This document shows positions 7,891 through 15,140 of a stretch of 38,388 nucleotides of DNA, piece after piece. The stretch is from IMG/VR virus record IMGVR_UViG_3300026962_000010, positions 1 through 38,388 of that record; one strand, given 5' to 3'. Positions within the stretch are counted from its first letter, which is position 1. Every line of letters starts with the position of its first letter. Both the position numbers and the translations under genes were made by a program. This stretch comes from a virus (Duplodnaviria; Caudoviricetes). The notes beneath the pieces are model-generated. The model had not been told where the DNA came from and ran no database searches. It saw only the letters and a program-made list of their open reading frames with translations.

Positions 7891-7913
7891 CGACTGATCG
7901 CCGATGCAACACG

Positions 7914-8771
7914 ATGACGTGGATCTGCGCGGACTGTGGCGCGGAGCACGAGTCAAACCAGCCACCCTGCCTGCAGTGTGCTGGCGAGACGTTTGTCCGC
8001 AAAGAGGAGTATGTCGAGTCCGGGGGCCCGGAAGCGGGCGACAACGCAGGACCGCGGTGGCGGTGTGAGGGGTGTGGGAAGGTGTACTCGAGCAGGTCCC
8101 CGCCATGTAGTCGGTGCGGGTCGATGCAGCTCACGAACGACCCGGACGCAGAGATTGACCAGGGCGACCCGACTGCCGAGCGCGTCCGGTCCCGGGGTGG
8201 CTTGTGGTACGCCTCGCGCGCTGTGGCCGTTGTGGCGGTGGTGCTACTGCTGCTGGCCGGGATGTCGGTGGTGTCGGGCGACCCTGTCGGCGGTCAGTTG
8301 TTCAACAGCCAACCCGAGCCGATCGAGGTCGCTGGCTACGACGACAGCTACGACGGCGTGAATCTGACTGCGATAGAGCGCGAGGTCGCCGTCGAGATCA
8401 ACACGCGGCGCTCTGGGGGATCGCTCGAGTGGAGCAGTGATCTTCACGCCGCTGCGGAGTACCACAACCACCGGGCGGTCGAGAACAACTACCGCGGGTG
8501 GGCTCGCGATCGCGACACGCTGGAGCAGGACGTCCAGTCGTTCGGCGTCGACTGTCAGGCGTTCGACGGCGCGACGAATCAGTACCAGCCCGTCGGCGGC
8601 CAAGCGTATGTCGAGACGGGAGCAGCGTCTGAGGTAGCAACGGCGATCGCCGAGAACCTCTGGCAGTATGAAGAGACCCGATCCGGCTTGGAGGGGCCTC
8701 ACAGCCACATCGCGATCGACCTCTTCGTCACTGACGAAAAAGAGACACTGCTTGTCGTCTACGTCTGCTGA
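7914..8771 (+). CDS. Membrane-anchored CAP/SCP-like domain protein with two N-terminal Zn ribbons
   Basis: CADC..CLQC, CEGC..CSRC, one TM helix, IEREVAVEINTRR...LEWSSDLHAAAEYHN (CAP-like). Confidence 0.72.
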   Translation: MTWICADCGAEHESNQPPCLQCAGETFVRKEEYVESGGPEAGDNAGPRWRCEGCGKVYSSRSPPCSRCGSMQLTNDPDAEIDQGDPTAERVRSRGGLWYASRAVAVVAVVLLLLAGMSVVSGDPVGGQLFNSQPEPIEVAGYDDSYDGVNLTAIEREVAVEINTRRSGGSLEWSSDLHAAAEYHNHRAVENNYRGWARDRDTLEQDVQSFGVDCQAFDGATNQYQPVGGQAYVETGAASEVATAIAENLWQYEETRSGLEGPHSHIAIDLFVTDEKETLLVVYVC

Positions 8772-8840
8772 TCTCTGGCCGACGAATTGGCCGCGATGGC
8801 CGACAGTTCCGGACGGTCCCGGGGGTGTGGTTCGATGAGT

Positions 8841-8884
8841 CTTAACCAACTCCGGCGGCGCCGCTGGTCGAATCGTTGGTTAAG
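8841..8884. repeat. Inverted repeat between convergent genes (possible terminator or binding site)
   Basis: cttaaccaac (8841-8850) / gttggttaag (8875-8884). Confidence 0.6.
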
Positions 8885-8907
8885 GACTGCAGAAAGAGCG
8901 CGGATGC

Positions 8908-9126
8908 TCAGTCCCGCAGGTGGTCGACCCACCACTCCGAGCGGACGAAGCGCTGCTCGCAGTCGGGGTCGTGCGGGATCTCGTCGATGTTCTCGCCGGT
9001 CTGACCACACGCGAGACAGGTGACCTCGCCGGTCAACTCACCGAGCTTGAAGCCGTCGACGTCGACGGGCGTCTCGCTGCGCTCGAGGTGAAAGCGAGTC
9101 TCGGGATCGCTGAAGCTCCGGATCAT
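8908..9126 (-). CDS. Small Zn-binding protein (72 aa)
   Basis: MIRSFSDPE...CLACG...HDPDC; internal ATG coupled to the upstream stop. Confidence 0.7.
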   Translation of the reverse strand: MIRSFSDPETRFHLERSETPVDVDGFKLGELTGEVTCLACGQTGENIDEIPHDPDCEQRFVRSEWWVDHLRD

Positions 9127-9482
9127 GGCCCCCTCGTCGTTGCCTGCCCGCTGGTGGCATCTGCCTCGTGCCAGACGTCGCCGTCGATGTCGACGCGGTC
9201 GAGCTGCTCGCGACCAACAGGCCGCCAGGCACAGCCAGTCCACTCGGCCTCCTCGAGCGCCCACGCGACGCCGGGCTCGACAGCCGTCTGGATCCGCAGC
9301 CGGCGACTGTCGCCGTGGATCGGCGAGACGATCAGCTCGAGTTCGGGCTCGTCGCGATCGTCGCCATCGCGAGCCTGCTGGCGGACGAGGTCGTCGACGA
9401 TCCGCTGGGCCTGGGCGTTGGCCTCGCTGTCGAGCTGGACTTCGAGGCGACCCCGCAGCGCGAGCGCGTCAACCTCAGGCAT
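9123..9482 (-). CDS. Hypothetical protein (119 aa)
   Basis: MPEVDALALRGRLEVQ...; acidic part of the longer ORF, coupled. Confidence 0.65.
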   Translation of the reverse strand: MPEVDALALRGRLEVQLDSEANAQAQRIVDDLVRQQARDGDDRDEPELELIVSPIHGDSRRLRIQTAVEPGVAWALEEAEWTGCAWRPVGREQLDRVDIDGDVWHEADATSGQATTRGP

Positions 9483-9666
9483 CGTCGGCCTCCAGGGCCT
9501 CTTTCGCTTCGTCCTTCGCGTCCGCGAGGTCGTTGAGGTTGGCGCGAGACTCCGACTCAGTCCAACCATACTCGTCGGACGACCTCGCCTCGAGGAGCGC
9601 ATCGGCACAGTCGGCTAGCTCCTGGAGTGTCTCCTTCGAGACCTCCACCGCCTCTCCGTCACTCAT
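9475..9666 (-). CDS. Small acidic helical protein
   Basis: 63 aa, strongly D/E-rich. Confidence 0.65.
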   Translation of the reverse strand: MSDGEAVEVSKETLQELADCADALLEARSSDEYGWTESESRANLNDLADAKDEAKEALEADDA

Positions 9667-9784
9667 CGGCGCCCTCCAGCCGGTCGGCCAGCCGGTTGAG
9701 CGCCGGCTCGGTGACGATCGTCCCGAGCAGCCCGTGGTCGGAGAGGTCGGCGACCTTCCGGAGTGCGGTCGCGAGTAGGCTCAT
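9659..9784 (-). CDS. Hypothetical protein (41 aa)
   Basis: Hand translation MSLLATALRKVADLSDHGLLGTIVTEPALNRLADRLEGADE; coupled. Confidence 0.5.
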   Translation of the reverse strand: MSLLATALRKVADLSDHGLLGTIVTEPALNRLADRLEGADE

Positions 9785-9912
9785 CGCTGCCCCTCCGTAT
9801 TGGCGCCGATCGGCGGCTCGTCGTCGTCGAAGTGCTCAGGGCAGCGCGCCCGCTGGTCGGTGCCGCGGACTGCGACGTTGGTGCAGCCTTCGGTGGCGCA
9901 GAAGTACTTCAT
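9781..9912 (-). CDS. Small Cys/His Zn-finger protein (43 aa)
   Basis: MKYFCATEGCTN...RCPEH. Confidence 0.6.
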   Translation of the reverse strand: MKYFCATEGCTNVAVRGTDQRARCPEHFDDDEPPIGANTEGQR

Positions 9913-10064
9913 CGCTCTGCCTCCACGGGCCGCTCGGCGTGGATCCATGCGCCCTCGTCAGCGCGGTCGGGGTTGGCCACGATCAGGCCGGCGGCGCCGG
10001 CGTCGACGCGGGCCTCCAGCCGGGGGGCGTGCCCAGCCGGGACGGGGATGTGGTCGTCAAACAT
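9909..10064 (-). CDS. Hypothetical protein (51 aa)
   Basis: MFDDHIPVPAGHAPRLEARVDAGAAGLIVANPDRADEGAWIHAERPVEAER; SD GGAGGT upstream. Confidence 0.55.
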   Translation of the reverse strand: MFDDHIPVPAGHAPRLEARVDAGAAGLIVANPDRADEGAWIHAERPVEAER

Positions 10065-10455
10065 CGCCCACCTCCACGTCCCGCCACGCGTTCTCGATCG
10101 GTACGACGGCCAGCCTTCCTGCAGGGAAGTCGTAGCTCCGTCGCCCGCCGAGTTCGTCGAGCCCCTCGAGGGAGAGGTCGTTGGCGTAGTAGCACTCGTA
10201 GGCGGCGTTGTCGATCGTCACGCCCGGCAGGAACGGGTGGACGCCGTAGGTCGCCAGGTCGAACCCCTCCTGCTCGTAGTACGCTTCGAGATCGTCGGCG
10301 ACGCGCTCGCGGACGAAGAGTACCTGCCGCGTGACGATGTCGATCGCGAGGCTGCCCGGGACGGGATCGGTGCGGACGTCCTCGAGGGCGGCGTCGACGC
10401 GAGCCGCGTAGTCGCCCTGGCCGTCGGGCTCGAACTCCGACAGGTCGTCAGTCAT
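10057..10455 (-). CDS. Conserved haloarchaeal mobile-element protein
   Basis: 132 aa acidic; DIVTRQVLFV..YYEQEGFDL..HPFLP..YDFPAGRL. Confidence 0.78.
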   Translation of the reverse strand: MTDDLSEFEPDGQGDYAARVDAALEDVRTDPVPGSLAIDIVTRQVLFVRERVADDLEAYYEQEGFDLATYGVHPFLPGVTIDNAAYECYYANDLSLEGLDELGGRRSYDFPAGRLAVVPIENAWRDVEVGDV

Positions 10456-10781
10456 GCGTCCACCTCCGTGACGTGGCGGCCGAGATCGGGATCGATCGCG
10501 TCCTCGTCAACCCACTCGGGGATCTCGCGGCGGCCGGTCGCGAACGCGACCCGACGGATGTGCTTGCATTCGACGTCGCGGTAGCGGTGATCGGCGCACT
10601 CGCAGGCGCCCTCGCGGGCGTCGACGAGATAGCTCGACCCGGACTCGGAGACGACGACGTAGAGGTCGTCGGCGCCGTCGACGCGAGGCAGGTCCTCGAG
10701 GACGGTCAGGTACTGGGTCAGCGCCCGAACGTCGTGTTGGTCCAGCTGGGCAGCGTCGCTCATGGATCTGGTCGTCGACAT
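10452..10781 (-). CDS. SWIM zinc-finger protein
   Basis: VVSESGSSYLVD...CECAD...CKHIRRV (CxC...CxH). Confidence 0.88.
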   Translation of the reverse strand: MSTTRSMSDAAQLDQHDVRALTQYLTVLEDLPRVDGADDLYVVVSESGSSYLVDAREGACECADHRYRDVECKHIRRVAFATGRREIPEWVDEDAIDPDLGRHVTEVDA

Positions 10782-11221
10782 CAGGCGCTCACCTCCTCGC
10801 TGTAGCCGTACTCAACGCCGGCACGCTCGGCCTCGTTGCTGTGGTAGCTGAGCCACGCCTTGGCCTCGAACTGGGCGTCGTCGACGGCCTCGCGCTCGCG
10901 GTGGCCGGCCTCGACCCAGTCGTCGCCGTCCTCGATCACGGTCGCGCAGGACTCGGCGATCACCTCACCGGCGCGCTGCCGGCAGGCGTGGGCGATCGTC
11001 CCCCACGCCTCGCGGATGGACTCCTCGACATCGTCCTCGGCGTGGCGCACCTCGGCAGCCTCGTCGGCCGCCGCGGCGGCATCGCAGAGTCGTGCGAGCT
11101 CCTGATCCTCGCGGAGGTTCTCGTGGATTTGGTCGGCGAGAACGGTGCTCTCGAAGTCGTTCGGGAGGGTGCCGGCGAACTGCCGCTGGCGCTGGACGGC
11201 GCCGTGGGGACGATCGGACAT
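10781..11221 (-). CDS. Hypothetical protein (146 aa)
   Basis: MSDRPHGAVQRQRQF...; acidic, TGATG coupling. Confidence 0.72.
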   Translation of the reverse strand: MSDRPHGAVQRQRQFAGTLPNDFESTVLADQIHENLREDQELARLCDAAAAADEAAEVRHAEDDVEESIREAWGTIAHACRQRAGEVIAESCATVIEDGDDWVEAGHREREAVDDAQFEAKAWLSYHSNEAERAGVEYGYSEEVSA

Positions 11222-11559
11222 CAGGCGCTCACCTCGCCACCGGACTGCTCCACCGTCTCGATCACGAGGTCGACCAGCGACGTGTCGGTGTCGACGACGT
11301 CGTCCCAGCCACGGGTGTCCGCGACGTGGGCGACGTAGTGGTCGATGTCGTCGACGTCGAAGGTGTGCGTGAGCTCGCTGTCGGCGACGACCCACACCTG
11401 GTGGGCCAGCGCCGAGTGGTAGTGCGTCGCGCCGGTCGTGTCGACGCCCAGTTCGTAGGCGTTACTCGGCAGGTCGATACCGTCAAGTTCGTGCCGTCCG
11501 TCGTCGGGAGTGCTTCGGTTCATAGTCGGTTTTCCGAAGCGGGTCCGGTGTGCCATCAC
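11221..11559 (-). CDS. Hypothetical protein, first gene of the SWIM operon
   Basis: LGVDTTGATHYH...YVAHVADTRGW; start could be 11523, 11556 or 11559. Confidence 0.72.
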   Translation of the reverse strand: MMAHRTRFGKPTMNRSTPDDGRHELDGIDLPSNAYELGVDTTGATHYHSALAHQVWVVADSELTHTFDVDDIDHYVAHVADTRGWDDVVDTDTSLVDLVIETVEQSGGEVSA

Positions 11560-11715
11560 CGGGCCGACCTTACTCGGTCAGCGCCCCGCTTCACATACTG
11601 AATATCGTAAGTCATCCACTTATAGATACCGGATATAGTATACACAGTTTCCGGTGCATACTGTTTCCCGTAAGAACTATGGCGGTGTAGTGGCACATAC
11701 GGCATAGGGTAATAT
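11560..11715. promoter_or_regulatory. Second divergent AT-rich control region
   Basis: CTTATAGA/TATAGTATA TATA-like tracts; repeated CATAC and GTTTCC words between divergent genes. Confidence 0.6.
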
Positions 11716-12090
11716 ATGGCAGCCACCGAAACAGCCGAGTCGATGACTGACGAGGGCCGTGCGCTCATGACGGAGACCGAGCGGCGGATCATCGCCGGCG
11801 AGAAAGACGTGTCGGATAACTACCGTTACAAGGTCGAGTCGCTGGTCCGGAACCGGGTGCGGAAGAAGCTCGGTGACGACGTCGACGTCCTCCACAGGGA
11901 TTTCCCCGAGGTGTTTGAGATGGTCGAGTCGGAGGTGTGTGGCAGCGTCGATGAACTCGACCGCGCCCGCGAGGCGTACCGCGACCTCGTCGCCGCTCGC
12001 GAGGACGTCGACACTGACGGGATCGAGGCGGCGCTCGCGGAGCTGGGCGCGGCGCTGGACGTGGAGGAACCAGAGGGAAGCGATGTCTGA
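11716..12090 (+). CDS. Putative transcriptional regulator
   Basis: RALMTETERRIIAGE..VSDNYRYKVESLVRNRV motif typical of haloarchaeal mobile-element proteins; divergent position. Regulatory role is inferred. Confidence 0.62.
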   Translation: MAATETAESMTDEGRALMTETERRIIAGEKDVSDNYRYKVESLVRNRVRKKLGDDVDVLHRDFPEVFEMVESEVCGSVDELDRAREAYRDLVAAREDVDTDGIEAALAELGAALDVEEPEGSDV

Positions 12091-12376
12091 ACGGGCGCGC
12101 TTCTGGGCGCATGGAGTGATGGACGTACTCTACCACACCGCGAGCCTCACCGAACAGCTGGTGCCCGTTGCCGTCGCGTTCTGGACGGTGGCAGCTGTGG
12201 CCAGCATCGTCGCGACACCGATCGTCGGCCTCGAGTCGTTGGCGGGTGTCGGCATGGGCGCCCTCTGCGTGGCGTACGTCACCGTCGTCGGCGTCGCCGC
12301 CCGCCGGCTCCGGATCGCGACCCAGCCGCCGACGGCCCGCCCGACGACCGATCTTCGCGAGGAGGTGACGCTGTGA
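12083..12376 (+). CDS. Small 2-TM membrane protein
   Basis: MSERARFWAHG... with two hydrophobic helices; coupled to 11716..12090. Confidence 0.68.
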   Translation: MSERARFWAHGVMDVLYHTASLTEQLVPVAVAFWTVAAVASIVATPIVGLESLAGVGMGALCVAYVTVVGVAARRLRIATQPPTARPTTDLREEVTL

Positions 12377-12888
12377 CCGACCGCGACCTCTCGATCGACC
12401 CCGAGTCGCCAGCGCTGCAGTACGAGATTGTCGAGGACCAGTGGGGTCGCTGGCGGCTTGAGCGCGCACACCCCGAATACCCACGCACGCCCGACGAGGA
12501 CGTCGCCGTCGCGGAGCTCCGGAGCGTTCTCCCGACGGACGAGCACGACCGGCTGTATGTCCCCGACGCGCTCTGCGGGGAGCTCGACGCCGAGCCAGGC
12601 GACATCGTCTCACTCGCCACCGTCGCCAGCGCGTCGGCGTCGGTGTTCGTCGACGCGATGTCCACGGCGCTCCAGCCGCTGATCGAGTCGATCGCGGACG
12701 TGGCGGAGGCGTTCGTCGAGGGTGCCGCCGAGGCTTTCAGCGGCCTCGGTCATGCCGACGACGGCGAGGACAGTGATCGCGATGGTCGCTTGCCCGAACC
12801 GATCCGCGAGGCGCGCGAGCGGCGCGACGCACAGCGAGAAGCGCACCGCGACGCCGTCGGCTGGGACGACCGCGCCGACGACGCCTGA
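12373..12888 (+). CDS. Hypothetical protein (171 aa)
   Basis: Acidic ORF, GGAGGTG SD, GTG start. Confidence 0.7.
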   Translation: MTDRDLSIDPESPALQYEIVEDQWGRWRLERAHPEYPRTPDEDVAVAELRSVLPTDEHDRLYVPDALCGELDAEPGDIVSLATVASASASVFVDAMSTALQPLIESIADVAEAFVEGAAEAFSGLGHADDGEDSDRDGRLPEPIREARERRDAQREAHRDAVGWDDRADDA

Positions 12889-12892
12889 CTCG

Positions 12893-12906
12893 TTTCTTTT
12901 TCTCTT
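12893..12906 (+). terminator. Archaeal oligo-T terminator candidate
   Basis: tttctttttctctt immediately after the stop at 12888. Confidence 0.55.
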
Positions 12907-12948
12907 GGTGGCCAAACAGTTTAGTACCACACCGCCAACCGGTCTCGC

Positions 12949-13995
12949 ATGGACCGACGCCGCTACCTGACACTGGCCAGTCTCGGCATCGCCGGCCTCG
13001 CCGGCTGCGCCGGTGAAGAACCCCCTGAAGAGGTCACCGACACGACCGAGCCCTCCACCGACGCCCCCGAATCGACGCCGGAGGACACGTCGACGGACGA
13101 TCCCACGGAGGAACCGACAGAGGAGCCGACCGACACGCCTGCCGCCGAGGACGTCTCGGCCGTGATCGGTGAGCTCGTCGAGGGCGAGGACATGAGTCTC
13201 GTCGTCGAGGACTTCGAGCGCGGCGTCGACCTCGGCGAGTTCAACCAGCCCGACAGCGGGAACGAGTTCGTCGTCGCCTCGATCGCGCTGAAGAACACGA
13301 GTGACAGCTACACCGAGGTCAGCAACCTCCTCCAAACGCGGCTTCGCGACGACGAGGACTACCAGTACGACCAGGCGATCGCGACCGGCGATACGCAGTC
13401 GTTCAACGGCGGGCAGTTCGCGCCTGGCGAGGTCAGCCGCGGCGACATCCCGTTCGAGGTGCCGACCGACGCCTCCGGCCTCGAGCTCGTGTTCGACTTC
13501 AACGTCTCGCTGTTCGGCGGTCTCGAGCGCGCGACGATCGACCTCACGTCCGAGGCGGACAGCGTCCACCAGCTGGAGCAGACCCTTCAGGTCGAGATCT
13601 ACTCACCCGGCGACACCGTCGAGTACGGTGATGTCGAGACGACGGTCAACGAGTTCCGGACGGAGTCCTCGCTGGGGAGTTTCACCCAACCCGAGCAGGG
13701 GAACGAGTACGCGATCGTCAACATCTCGATCACGAACAACACCGGCGAGGAACAGACCTTCTCGACGATCCTCCAGATGATGCTGAAGGACGGAGAGGGG
13801 TACAGCTACCAGGAGGATCTGATGGCGACCAGCCAGCTCGACCGAGCGTTCGACGAGGGGACGCCACTTTCGGATGGTGAGACGCGGCGTGGGGAGCTGG
13901 CCTACGAAGTCCAAGAGGGGCTGTCGCCACTCTACTGGGCGTTCGAGTTCAGCGTGTTCGCGAGCGGGAACAAGACGTTCTGGGAAGTGCAGTAA
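12949..13995 (+). CDS. Tat-exported lipoprotein with tandem DUF4352-like domains
   Basis: MDRRRYL twin-Arg, LAGC lipobox, T/P/E linker, two repeats of F.QP..GNE(F/Y)...N...L.D.E.Y.Y...GE..RG...(F/Y)EV. Confidence 0.85.
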   Translation: MDRRRYLTLASLGIAGLAGCAGEEPPEEVTDTTEPSTDAPESTPEDTSTDDPTEEPTEEPTDTPAAEDVSAVIGELVEGEDMSLVVEDFERGVDLGEFNQPDSGNEFVVASIALKNTSDSYTEVSNLLQTRLRDDEDYQYDQAIATGDTQSFNGGQFAPGEVSRGDIPFEVPTDASGLELVFDFNVSLFGGLERATIDLTSEADSVHQLEQTLQVEIYSPGDTVEYGDVETTVNEFRTESSLGSFTQPEQGNEYAIVNISITNNTGEEQTFSTILQMMLKDGEGYSYQEDLMATSQLDRAFDEGTPLSDGETRRGELAYEVQEGLSPLYWAFEFSVFASGNKTFWEVQ

Positions 13996-13997
13996 TC

Positions 13998-14294
13998 ATG
14001 AACGTCGGGGGTGTCCGGGTCAAACGTCTGTACCCACCGAAGATCGCGGCCCCGAAACCGTGGGGCAGCCGCATCGACCGTGTTTCTGCGTGGTGCCAAC
14101 ACTTGAGTGTCCTACTCGCCATCAGCCTTCTCGGATACTCGGTATGCGTTGGCCCCAGCATGTTGACGGTTGCATCGTTCGTGCTCACCCTCACGTCCGT
14201 GGTCCGCGCAACTGATGTCGTGTTTCTGACCGCATCTGGGAGCAATAGCGACCATGGAGCCGCGAATCTGACTCTCGGAAAAGAAGACCCGTAA
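13998..14294 (+). CDS. Possible small membrane protein
   Basis: 98 aa with two hydrophobic segments; atypical codon usage. Confidence 0.45.
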   Translation: MNVGGVRVKRLYPPKIAAPKPWGSRIDRVSAWCQHLSVLLAISLLGYSVCVGPSMLTVASFVLTLTSVVRATDVVFLTASGSNSDHGAANLTLGKEDP

Positions 14295-14870
14295 TCACCC
14301 CTCCATCCACACGCCCTCGTCGAGCCGTCGACGCACCTCGCGCTCGCCCGCTGGGACATCGTAGCCTCGGCCACGGTAATGATCCAGCGCTCGGAACGGC
14401 GACAGCGCGTTCGCTTCCTCATGAGCCGCGACGAGCGTCCGTCCCTCGCCGGCAGCGAACAGCATGACGTGGACCTGCTGGTCAGCGAGCAGTCCATCGC
14501 GCCACGCCCAGGAGCCGACCTCGACGCTGCCGGCGTAGGGCATGGGTAGCCGCTTCAGCGCCGCCAGCGGCATCCGGCGGGCACCGCGTTCCCACAGGAT
14601 CTGCTCGACCTCCTCGGGCGGCGCGTCAATCACGCCGACGACCTCGTCGAGGCTGAGCGTGTAGGCCGCGTAGTGCTGCCCCGGCAGGCGTCGACGCGCC
14701 AGTCGGTCCAGCAGCGGGAGCACGATCCCGCGGATCGTCTCCCACCAATCGGCGGCGGGACCGAGCAGGCGTCGCGTGCGCGGCCTGCGGAGCGCTCTCG
14801 CGAACAGCAGCAGCGCAGTGGTTGCGACGAGCGGTGCAGCGATCTCTACCGGAGTGATTGTACCAATCAT
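14295..14870 (-). CDS. Hypothetical protein with N-terminal TM helix
   Basis: 191 aa; GSWAWR..QVHVMLF..AAHEE.N...HYRG conserved-looking His/Glu motif. Confidence 0.72.
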   Translation of the reverse strand: MIGTITPVEIAAPLVATTALLLFARALRRPRTRRLLGPAADWWETIRGIVLPLLDRLARRRLPGQHYAAYTLSLDEVVGVIDAPPEEVEQILWERGARRMPLAALKRLPMPYAGSVEVGSWAWRDGLLADQQVHVMLFAAGEGRTLVAAHEEANALSPFRALDHYRGRGYDVPAGEREVRRRLDEGVWMEG

Positions 14871-14909
14871 GGCGAAAAGCCAATACTTCTACCGCTGCTC
14901 TACTGCGGC

Positions 14910-15137
14910 GTGGGGCGACTTCAGAACGCTATCGTGACTGTGTTCGTGTCGGGTTTGACAGCCTATGCAGGCTATCATGTTCTCGGGATGTTCGTCGACT
15001 GGAGGCCTCCAGAGACGGCGACCGAACGCGATCTCCTCGCAGGGATCGAGCAGTCACTGTCGATGCTGACGCCGAGTTCAACCGCAGCTATCCTACTCGT
15101 CGTCGGCCTGCTGGGCTACTTCACCGTGTACCGGTGA
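14910..15137 (+). CDS. Small 2-TM membrane protein
   Basis: GTG start; MGRLQNAIVTVFVSGLTAYAGYHVLG...AAILLVVGLLGYFTVYR. Confidence 0.55.
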   Translation: MGRLQNAIVTVFVSGLTAYAGYHVLGMFVDWRPPETATERDLLAGIEQSLSMLTPSSTAAILLVVGLLGYFTVYR

Positions 15138-15140
15138 GCC

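Noticed and set aside
7509-7913. CRISPR mini-array or canonical ORB origin
   Set aside because: Repeats occur only in pairs with no repeat-spacer period; the G-string lacks the adjacent GAAAC ORB core
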